A stretch of 64,000 nucleotides of DNA from Thermodesulfobacteriota bacterium (GTDB taxonomy: Bacteria > Desulfobacterota > Desulfobulbia > Desulfobulbales > SURF-16), in NCBI GenBank assembly GCA_040755455.1, contig JBFMAY010000012.1, positions 1 through 64,000 on the forward strand, given 5' to 3'. Positions 9,782-19,799 of this stretch are shown piece after piece. The position numbers and the translations under genes were made by a program. Numbering within the stretch: position 1 is the stretch's first letter; every line of letters starts with the position of its first letter. Below the pieces are notes generated by a model. It saw nothing but the letters and a program-made list of their open reading frames with translations. It had not been told where the DNA came from and ran no database searches.

Positions 9782-11113
9782 ATGACAAAAAGCACACAGA
9801 CAATTCCTGCTTCCGACGAGGAGCCTGAAGCACTCATTATTCCCCGATCAGCCCATTCCCTCTCCAGTAAAGAGATTGACCGCGACGCCCTAAAGGTACT
9901 TTCTTTACTGCATAAAGATGGGCATACCGCCTATCTCGTGGGCGGGGGGGTCCGTGATCTCTATCTGGGCAAGACCCCCAAGGATTTTGACATCAGCACC
10001 GATGCCAAACCCGGGCAGATCCGCAAACTGTTCCGCAACAGCCGAACCATCGGCCGTCGCTTCCGTCTTGTACAGGTCTTTTTTTCTGACAACAAGATCA
10101 TTGAAGTCTCCACCTTCCGCTGCCGCAGCGAATTCGACATCGAAGGTGAAATCAATATGCTGCCGGCCAACAACACTTTTGGCACCGAGGCGGATGACGC
10201 CTTTCGCCGTGATCTGACGATCAACTCCCTGTTTTACGACATTGAAAACGAAACAATCATTGACTATACCGGCGGGGTTGCAGATCTGAACAGCAGGATC
10301 ATCCGTATGGTCGGCGATCCGGACAAAAGAATTACCCGAGATCCCGTGCGGATACTGCGGGCCATCCGCCACGCATCACGCATCGGCTTCTCAATTGAAG
10401 ACAACACCTGGCAGGCCATTATCCGGCACCGGGACAAGCTGCGCCTCTGCCCGGTATCACGCATCCGCGACGAACTGCTGAAAGACCTGCGCGGCGGGGC
10501 AAATCGCCAATGGCTGCAGCTTTTACTGGAGAGCGGCGTCTTCTATGTGCTGTTTCCCTTTTATCAGCCTGTGTTGGCCGACAACGGCGAGGAACGCCAG
10601 GAACTTCTCGCAAAGATTTTTGCCGTAATCGACCGCATTCACCGTAACAAATTGCAATTGTCAGAGGCGTTCCTGCTGGGTCTCTTTCTGATCCCATGGG
10701 CGCAGCAAACCTTTCCCGAAATGCAGGAACAGCTGAAAAACGGGCAGCTTTTTTCCCTGTCACGCCGGATCAAAAGCGCTCTTGATTCCAGCCTTCATCA
10801 TCTCAATATCAAAAAGGCGACCATAGAGTATATAGCATCCCTGCTCGGCCGCCTCAACCTGTTCGCCGCGCACGACACGGACGGCAACTGGCCGGGGTGG
10901 CTGAAAAAGAAGAGCTATTTCCGCGAAAACTCGCAATTTTATATGATCTACCGCGAAGCGGTCGGCGGAGAAGCGGCAGGAGAAATTGAGATGCCCGCCC
11001 CGGAAAAGAAATTCCGCCCCCAACGGCAGGCCCCGCGGCGCAGTGGACGGACTCCGGCCTACACAACAAAAAACAGCAAGGGAGGAATTTTCGGTCTGAG
11101 GAAGCGCAAATGA
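9782..11113 (+). CDS. pcnB: Poly(A) polymerase I
   Basis: LVGGGVRD, KDFD, PAP signature IGRRFRLVQV, RRDLTINS, DPVRILRAIR. Confidence 0.9.
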   Translation: MTKSTQTIPASDEEPEALIIPRSAHSLSSKEIDRDALKVLSLLHKDGHTAYLVGGGVRDLYLGKTPKDFDISTDAKPGQIRKLFRNSRTIGRRFRLVQVFFSDNKIIEVSTFRCRSEFDIEGEINMLPANNTFGTEADDAFRRDLTINSLFYDIENETIIDYTGGVADLNSRIIRMVGDPDKRITRDPVRILRAIRHASRIGFSIEDNTWQAIIRHRDKLRLCPVSRIRDELLKDLRGGANRQWLQLLLESGVFYVLFPFYQPVLADNGEERQELLAKIFAVIDRIHRNKLQLSEAFLLGLFLIPWAQQTFPEMQEQLKNGQLFSLSRRIKSALDSSLHHLNIKKATIEYIASLLGRLNLFAAHDTDGNWPGWLKKKSYFRENSQFYMIYREAVGGEAAGEIEMPAPEKKFRPQRQAPRRSGRTPAYTTKNSKGGIFGLRKRK

Positions 11114-12030
11114 CCCTATCCCCGGCTGAGATAGAGTCCCTGCGCGCCCTTCCCTGCCGGGAACTGATGGCCAGGGCCCTGGAAATCAAGCTTGCCCGAC
11201 GGGGCAAAAGCCTTTCCCTCTGTTCCATTATGAACGCAAAATCCGGCCAGTGCAGTGAAGACTGCCGATTCTGCACGCAATCCGCCCATTTTAAGACGGA
11301 CACCCCGGTTTATCCGCTGAAAACCGCTGAAGAAATTGTTGCGGCAGCCAGGCAGGCCAAAAAGGATGGTGCCACGCATTTTTCCATTGTCACCAGCGGC
11401 AGAGCAATAACCGGCCGGAGCCTTCCGGCCGTGGCCGATCTCATCACGTCGATCCGCGACCAGGTCGATATTCGCGTCTGCGCTTCGCTGGGCATGGCCA
11501 CCCGGCAGGACCTGCAGGCGCTGCAACAGGCGGGACTTTCCCGTTATCATCATAATCTCGAGACGTCACGGGAGTTCTTCCCCGCCATCGTCACCACCCA
11601 CACCTTCGCGGAACGCGTTGCCACCATTCAGGCGGCCCGGCAGGCGGGACTCGAAGTCTGCGCCGGCGGCATCATCGGGCTTGGCGAAAGCGAAACTGAC
11701 CGCATCTCCCTGGCTCTCACCCTGGCTGAACTGGGGGTGGAATCCGTGCCGCTCAACATCCTTATTCCTCTCCCCGGCACACCGCTGGCGGAAATCACAC
11801 CTCTGCCGATACAAGAAATCCTGCGGGCCATCGCCCTCTTCCGGCTTATTTTACCGGATGCAGCCCTGCGGCTCGCGGCAGGCCGCGAATCAGCCCTGCA
11901 CGATTTCTTAAGCGCGGCCTTCATGGCCGGGGCCGACGGAATGATGATCGGCGGCTACCTGACCCAGCGGGGCAGGAGTGCGGAAATGGACCGGCAATTC
12001 GTGCAGGCGATACAGGACCTCTGGCAATGA
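11110..12030 (+). CDS. bioB: Biotin synthase
   Basis: NAKSGQCSEDCRFCTQS, YHHNLET, VCAGGIIGLGE, SVPLN, GGYLT. Confidence 0.95.
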   Translation: MTLSPAEIESLRALPCRELMARALEIKLARRGKSLSLCSIMNAKSGQCSEDCRFCTQSAHFKTDTPVYPLKTAEEIVAAARQAKKDGATHFSIVTSGRAITGRSLPAVADLITSIRDQVDIRVCASLGMATRQDLQALQQAGLSRYHHNLETSREFFPAIVTTHTFAERVATIQAARQAGLEVCAGGIIGLGESETDRISLALTLAELGVESVPLNILIPLPGTPLAEITPLPIQEILRAIALFRLILPDAALRLAAGRESALHDFLSAAFMAGADGMMIGGYLTQRGRSAEMDRQFVQAIQDLWQ

Positions 12031-12031
12031 C

Positions 12032-13192
12032 ATGGACATCCGGAACTGGTTGACCGAGCAAAAAAAGAAAGATCTGCTCCGACAGCTGACTCCGGTGGAA
12101 AGGCAGCCGGAGGGACAAGTGGTTGTGCCCGGCCAAGCCGGCGGCCGGCTTCTTGACTTCTCCTCCAATGACTACCTCGGCCTCACCTGCCACAGCGGGC
12201 TGATCGCGCAGAGCAGACAGTTTCTCGAGCTGGCCGGCTGCGGGGCAGGGGCGGCGCGGCTCATGAGCGGGGATCTCGCCATGTATCACCTGCTGGAAGA
12301 AGAGGTGGCGCAACTGAAAGGCCAGGAGGCGGCCCTGCTGTTTGGCAGCGGCTACCTGGCCAACTGCGGGGTGATCCCGGCCCTTGTCGGCCGTAACGAT
12401 GTCATCTTTGCCGACCGTTTGAACCATGCAAGCATCTATGATGGCTGCAGCCTTGCCAGGGCACGACTGGTGCGTTTTCACCACAATGACCTGAACCACC
12501 TGGAGGAACTGCTGGGCAAACACCGGGGAACGGGTGAAGCGCTGATTGTGGTTGAATCCCTCTACTCCATGGACGGCGACCGCTGCCCGCTGCCGGAGCT
12601 GGTACGGCTTAAGGAGAAATACAACTGCCTGCTCATGGTTGACGAAGCCCATGCCACAGGGGTTTTTGGCGAAAATGGCGGCGGGATTATTGAGGAAGAC
12701 GGGGTAGCGGACCGGGTTGACGTGGCCATGGGAACCTTCGGTAAGGCCCTGGGCAGCTACGGGGCTTACGTGGCGGCCTCAAGAACGATGATCGATTTTC
12801 TCATCAACCGGGCCAGAACCTTTATCTACTCCACCGGCCTGCCGCCCGCGGTCATCGGCGCCTCCCTCGCTGCCGTAAGAATCATCCGGCAGGAGCCCCA
12901 CCTGCGGCGTGACCTCTTTGCCAAGGTGGAATATTTCAAGGCAGCTTTAGCCGAAAAAGGCCTGACCAACCTTGGCCCGTCCCAGATCGTGCCAATCATG
13001 ATCGGCCAAAGCAGCCGGGCGGTGCAAATCGCCCATGCGTTGCGGCGCCAGGGAATTTTCGCCACCGCCGTCCGACCGCCCACCGTGCCGGAGGGCACGG
13101 CGCGCCTGCGCTTTTCCATCACCCGCCATCTGAGCCACGAGGCCTTGCAGCATACGGCATCCCTCCTGACCACGTCCCTCAGCTCAGGCTGA
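12032..13192 (+). CDS. bioF: 8-amino-7-oxononanoate synthase
   Basis: FSSNDYLGL, NHASIYDG, SMDGD, DEAHATG, GTFGKALG, RPPTVP; start set at MDIRNW. Confidence 0.93.
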   Translation: MDIRNWLTEQKKKDLLRQLTPVERQPEGQVVVPGQAGGRLLDFSSNDYLGLTCHSGLIAQSRQFLELAGCGAGAARLMSGDLAMYHLLEEEVAQLKGQEAALLFGSGYLANCGVIPALVGRNDVIFADRLNHASIYDGCSLARARLVRFHHNDLNHLEELLGKHRGTGEALIVVESLYSMDGDRCPLPELVRLKEKYNCLLMVDEAHATGVFGENGGGIIEEDGVADRVDVAMGTFGKALGSYGAYVAASRTMIDFLINRARTFIYSTGLPPAVIGASLAAVRIIRQEPHLRRDLFAKVEYFKAALAEKGLTNLGPSQIVPIMIGQSSRAVQIAHALRRQGIFATAVRPPTVPEGTARLRFSITRHLSHEALQHTASLLTTSLSSG

Positions 13193-13201
13193 CAGGGCAG
13201 A

Positions 13202-14026
13202 CTATTTCTGACAGCGCGGACAGAAGAAGGTGCTGCGGCCGCCGATTACCTGTCTTCTGATAGTGGCTGCACAGCGCCGGCACCCCTCCCCTGCCCGACC
13301 GTAAACCATCAACTCCAGCTGGAAGTAGCCTTTCTGGCCGGAGCTGTTGACATAATCGCTGATGGTACTGCCGCCGCAGGCTATGGCGCGCAATAATACC
13401 TCGCGGGTTTTCTCGACTACCGCATCCCAGCTGGACAGCGTCAGGGAACCGATGGGCGTTGCCGGGTGAATGCCGGCATGAAAAAGAATCTCATTGGCGT
13501 AAATATTGCCGATGCCGGCCACCATGCGATTGTCCATGAGGAAATTTTTCACCGGCTGAAGGCGGCTGCCGGCCATTTCCTTCAGGTACCGACCGGAGAA
13601 ATCCCGTTCCAGGGGCTCACAGCCCATGTCATCGAAGGGGTCATTGGCCCGATACTGATCCGGGGTCAGCACCCGGATAAAGCCAAAACGCCGGGCGTCG
13701 TTATAGCGCAGCAGCATGGCATCATCCAGCCTGAACACCACATGATCGTGCAGGGCGGGCGGGGCCGAGGCCGGGAAAATGCCGAGTTTGCCGGTCATGC
13801 CCAGGTGAACGATCATGGCCGCGCCACTCTCAAGCAAAAAAATAAGATATTTGCCCCGGCGGTTAATGGCGCTGATTCTGCCGCCCTTGAGCCATCGCGC
13901 AAGCTCTTTCTGGGGAATGGGAAAGCGAAGTTTTTTGGCAGAACAGGCGATGGAGACAATCTGCCGGTCAACCACATGGGTAATGAGCCCCTGCCGGATT
14001 ACCTCTACTTCCGGAAGTTCAGGCAT
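13202..14026 (-). CDS. mutM: Formamidopyrimidine-DNA glycosylase
   Basis: MPELPEVE, RRGKYL, HLGMTG, GIGNIYANE, C-terminal zinc finger CRRC...CPRCQ. Confidence 0.97.
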   Translation of the reverse strand: MPELPEVEVIRQGLITHVVDRQIVSIACSAKKLRFPIPQKELARWLKGGRISAINRRGKYLIFLLESGAAMIVHLGMTGKLGIFPASAPPALHDHVVFRLDDAMLLRYNDARRFGFIRVLTPDQYRANDPFDDMGCEPLERDFSGRYLKEMAGSRLQPVKNFLMDNRMVAGIGNIYANEILFHAGIHPATPIGSLTLSSWDAVVEKTREVLLRAIACGGSTISDYVNSSGQKGYFQLELMVYGRAGEGCRRCAATIRRQVIGGRSTFFCPRCQK

Positions 14027-14028
14027 GG

Positions 14029-17000
14029 TCAGATAACCAGGGCAAGCGGCTGCACCGTCGCAGCACGCTTATCCCGCTGTTCCCACAACATGCAGACCTG
14101 GCGGATGCACTCGCGGTTCATGGCATACTGCCCGCAGGCAAGGGAATCCGCGGCAAGCAGGGCAACCGGCAGCATCTCTGCGGATAAGTCCGCCGCCGCC
14201 TGCAGGGTAATCATCGTCTCGCGCTGGCAGCAGCGTCCGGCCTGCAACCCGGCAATTTTCCCCAGAATCTCGGCGGTGACCTGCTGGGCCGTCTGCCGCT
14301 TTTTCGGGGTCAGCGGGGTAGCCTCAAGGATCACGGAAAAGGCGATGCCCGCGCCAACGGCCGCGCCGCAGCTTCCCCAGAAACCGCACACCCCGCCCGG
14401 CACCTTGCTGCCGCGCTCAATGGCAACAAGGATATCCTTTTTGCCAACCTTGCCGCCCCGGGCCCGGTAGGTGGAGAGCATCACACCTGGAACCAGGGCA
14501 TGATGCTCCGGGCCATGCATGGAAATGGCCGGCTGCGACCTGATCTTTTTCATCAGCGTCACCATGTCTTCAATGGCCGATTCCGTGCATATCTTTTTGA
14601 TCACCGCCACCCCCTTGTGCTGATGGCAGGCATCGCAGACAAAATGCCCATTGAGGCAGATGGCATTGGCGGATTTCTTCTCCCCGCAATAATAACAGCT
14701 CTTTTCCCGTTCATTGGTGAAGTAGTGCAATTCGCTGCCGCACACCAGGCAGTCGGCATGCCGCCGTTCTTTTTCGTGTGCGTCAGCACAGCACGACGAT
14801 AGAGCTGATGACGCATCAGGGGGCAGCCCGCAGCAGCCGCCGGCCTGGGTGATATTAGTTACCGCGCCGTTGGCATCGACCACAAAGACCGCATCATTTA
14901 GGGACTCAACCTCGGTAAGGGCAACCCTGGTTCTTTTTCCTTTGAGGAGAAGTTCGCCGCTTTCCGTGTACACCGCGGCGAAAGGACCGCGATAGATGAC
15001 ATCGGACATCTGCCGGGCCGCAGGCTTGTGAGCGGCAAAGGTGAGAGAATAAAAGGAGGCGGCGCCAAGCTGCCGATAGGGAAAACGCTTGATCAGCCGC
15101 ATGGCGGTGAAGCCAGCGGCCCGCAGCATGGCCATGAGGTCTTCCTGCTGCATGGCGCCGCCCAGGCATTCACCCCGCAGTTTCGCATTATTTTTAATGT
15201 GAACCGGAATCGGCTCATCGGTGACGATATCGGACACCACCAACCTGCCGCCGGGCCGCAAAATACGAAAGGCCTCATGCAGGGTCCGCCGCTTGTCAGG
15301 GCTCAGGTTGATCACGCAGTTGGAGATCACCACGTCGGCCGTGCCGTCAGGCAGCGGTATGGCCTCCAGCAAGCCCTTTTTGAACTTGATATTGTCATAA
15401 CCAAGCTCCCGGGCCACCTGCCCCTGGGATGATCTGGCCAAGGCAAGCATCTCATCAGTCATGTCGATGCCATAGACCTGCCCGGTCTCCCCCACCATCT
15501 TGGCCGCCTGGAAACACTCCACCCCGCTGCCGCTGCCCAGATCAACAAGGGTTTCCCCCGGTTGCAGCCCCGCATCATGCACCGGACTGCCGCAGCCGTA
15601 CGAACGCTGCCGGGATACCGTGGGAATAAACAGCGCCTCGGCCTGCTGGGGGGCAAAGGGATTGACAATATCCTCATTGGCCAGGGTAGCGGCCCGGGCA
15701 TAAAACTCCCGCACCGTGCCATGACCACTGTCGGCGGACAGGGAAACGACGCAGTTGCAATGGGTCAGGGCCACCCCCCCCCCTTCATCGGCGCAGCCAT
15801 AACGGACATCGCCCATTTTCAGCAGAAAGTCCGTTCCGTCCGCCTGTGGATAGCTCCCGGCCTGTCGGGCGATGAGCCACAGGGCAATCCGGTTATAGAG
15901 GGGAACATAGGGATCATGACCGGTGAACTCGCCGGCGGCAATATAGCTGTGATCGATATCGCCGCCGCCGACAAGAAAGCGCAAGGCGTTCTGCTCATAG
16001 GCGCTTCCTGCCAGGGTGGCACGGCGCAGCTCCTGCAGCACCGGGCTGCTTTGCCACACCTCTGCCAGCCCCTGGGCAAGGGCGCCGCAGTGCAAGGCCT
16101 CGATACCGACCAGGGCCGGCGAGGGGTAAATGCCCCCGTCAGGCCCCACGGCCACTGATTCCCAGCCGCTGTTGCTTAAATCATAGCGGGTACCGGGGGT
16201 GGAAAACACCTGACCTCTGATGGTTTCCACATTATCAATGGCCACTCCCTGTTCCTCGGCGATCTCCAGGCAGCTTGCCAGATGCATCCAGATCTCCTCC
16301 GGCGGCACAAACTGCGCGTCACTGCCCTGGCCCCGGACAAAATGCCAGAGCAGATGCATAGTGTTGATGCCGTTATCTGCGGCAAAACCAATCATGGCGG
16401 GCAGATCATGAATATTTTCCCGATTGACGGCAACGGAGAGGGTGGCGGTGAGCCGGGTCCGCCGCAGGGCAGCAAGATTGGCCAGCAGCCGGGCAAAGGT
16501 TCCCTTGCCGCGCAGGGCCTCATGGCTCCTTTCCATGCCGTCAAGGCTGATCTGCAGATGCAGGCGGTCTGCCGGGACGCTTTGCAGCAGCTCGATATGC
16601 TCCGCCAGCAGCAGGCCGTTGGTCAAAACCACGGCATGCACCTCGCGGTCCGCGAGAAGATTTTGCATAATATCCGCAAATTGCGGGTAGACAAATGGCT
16701 CGCCGCCGGTAAAATAAAAAAGTGTGCAGCCCAGGGCCCTGGCCTCGGCAATGGCCTTTTCCAGCTGCCCGCGGCTTAAAGAACGGGACTGGGCCGGCGA
16801 GGCGGAAAACAGACAATGGCGGCAGGCAAGATTGCACGCATTGGTCAGATGAAACCAGCATTCCTTAAGGGTGGAAAGCCTGAGAAGCTTTTCCCGGCCT
16901 GGGTACGGGCGGCCTGTGGAGTGCGCCAGATGGGAAAAAATCCGGGCCCGGTCAAGCACCTCTTCCTCCCCAAGCGCAACAGGCCCATGACCGGCGGATG

Positions 17001-17145
17001 GGGAACTGTCACCCCTGGCCCTGCGCAAGAGGCTATCGGCCTTTTCTCCGGCCACAAACCAGTCCGGCTTACCGGCATTGACGTAAATCGGCAGCCCGTT
17101 GCTTGCAAACCTCTGCCAGTATTTTAATGATTGCATCGTTTTCAT
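14029..17145 (-). CDS. Radical SAM + degenerate SPASM + arsenite methyltransferase (ArsM-like) + Cys-rich DUF5714-like fusion
   Basis: CNLACRHC and TGGEP (rSAM); YGCGSP, DLGSGSG, GIDMT, VISNCVINL, GECLGGA (ArsM/AS3MT); C-terminal CLVC..CYYC..CDACH, MHGPEHH, CGFWGSCGAAVG, RCCQR. Confidence 0.85.
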   Translation of the reverse strand: MKTMQSLKYWQRFASNGLPIYVNAGKPDWFVAGEKADSLLRRARGDSSPSAGHGPVALGEEEVLDRARIFSHLAHSTGRPYPGREKLLRLSTLKECWFHLTNACNLACRHCLFSASPAQSRSLSRGQLEKAIAEARALGCTLFYFTGGEPFVYPQFADIMQNLLADREVHAVVLTNGLLLAEHIELLQSVPADRLHLQISLDGMERSHEALRGKGTFARLLANLAALRRTRLTATLSVAVNRENIHDLPAMIGFAADNGINTMHLLWHFVRGQGSDAQFVPPEEIWMHLASCLEIAEEQGVAIDNVETIRGQVFSTPGTRYDLSNSGWESVAVGPDGGIYPSPALVGIEALHCGALAQGLAEVWQSSPVLQELRRATLAGSAYEQNALRFLVGGGDIDHSYIAAGEFTGHDPYVPLYNRIALWLIARQAGSYPQADGTDFLLKMGDVRYGCADEGGGVALTHCNCVVSLSADSGHGTVREFYARAATLANEDIVNPFAPQQAEALFIPTVSRQRSYGCGSPVHDAGLQPGETLVDLGSGSGVECFQAAKMVGETGQVYGIDMTDEMLALARSSQGQVARELGYDNIKFKKGLLEAIPLPDGTADVVISNCVINLSPDKRRTLHEAFRILRPGGRLVVSDIVTDEPIPVHIKNNAKLRGECLGGAMQQEDLMAMLRAAGFTAMRLIKRFPYRQLGAASFYSLTFAAHKPAARQMSDVIYRGPFAAVYTESGELLLKGKRTRVALTEVESLNDAVFVVDANGAVTNITQAGGCCGLPPDASSALSSCCADAHEKERRHADCLVCGSELHYFTNEREKSCYYCGEKKSANAICLNGHFVCDACHQHKGVAVIKKICTESAIEDMVTLMKKIRSQPAISMHGPEHHALVPGVMLSTYRARGGKVGKKDILVAIERGSKVPGGVCGFWGSCGAAVGAGIAFSVILEATPLTPKKRQTAQQVTAEILGKIAGLQAGRCCQRETMITLQAAADLSAEMLPVALLAADSLACGQYAMNRECIRQVCMLWEQRDKRAATVQPLALVI

Positions 17146-17390
17146 CTCAAAAATAGGTTACATTGATGGACATTGCAGGCAAAGGCCATCACCATAGCAT
17201 AAATACCCGGAGATGAAAACATGCTGCTCCAGGAAAAAGATAACCGCCGCTGCTTAGGAGCCGTTCTAGACATTCATATGGCCATGTTATTTATTTACAA
17301 TGGCTTACCTTGCCGGAGACCGGCAAAACATGCCGCGGAAAATACCTGCTCCCTGCGGCAGAGCTTATTGCAGAGCAAATAAAAAAAGTT

Positions 17391-19234
<1,844 letters not shown>

Positions 19235-19238
19235 AAAT

Positions 19239-19586
19239 ATGACATCTCTCGCCTATGCTGCGGATGCGGCAGCCTCCCCTGCGGCCAACCCGTTGACCGG
19301 CTTTCTGCCGATGATTCTGATCTTTATCGTCTTTTATTTCCTGCTGATACGGCCGCAGCAGAAAAAGGCCAAAGCCCTGCAGGAGTTCCTGAACAACCTG
19401 AAAAAAGGCGACGAGGTCATCACCGGTGGCGGCTTGCACGGAAAAATCACCGGCCTCACCGATTCGGTGGTGACCCTGGAAATCGCCGACAATGTCCGGG
19501 TCAAGGTCGCCCGCCAGTACATTCTTTCTTCCGCCTCCGCCGCGGCTACCTCCAAACCGGACCAGGCCTGCAGCACCTCCAGTTGA
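19239..19586 (+). CDS. yajC: Preprotein translocase subunit YajC
   Basis: FYFLLIRPQQKK, LKKGDEVITGGGLHG; follows tgt. Confidence 0.95.
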   Translation: MTSLAYAADAAASPAANPLTGFLPMILIFIVFYFLLIRPQQKKAKALQEFLNNLKKGDEVITGGGLHGKITGLTDSVVTLEIADNVRVKVARQYILSSASAAATSKPDQACSTSS

Positions 19587-19799
19587 GGTTTCGGACGATA
19601 GTTCCACCGGTGGTGAAACAACAGGAGCCCATCCACAAGGATCTGCATATGCATGCTTGCCCCGACGACATATTGCCCGGCCCGAGCAGCTCTTTCATGT
19701 ATCGTTTCGATGGGCTCCTTGGCTGGCGTATGTTGCCAGGCAGGGCAGGCGGGTTTTACCGCGCCTCTTTTACATCCACCCTTTTCCGGCCCGAAAATC

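Noticed and set aside
11110..12030. Unusual BioB (Ser at the first [2Fe-2S] ligand position, HFSIV)
   Set aside because: Ser at this position is a known common variant; other motifs are normal
19587..19720. c-di-GMP/cGAMP (GEMM) riboswitch
   Set aside because: A GAAA loop is present, but the conserved AAAC...GACGCAAA/GGAAA core is missing
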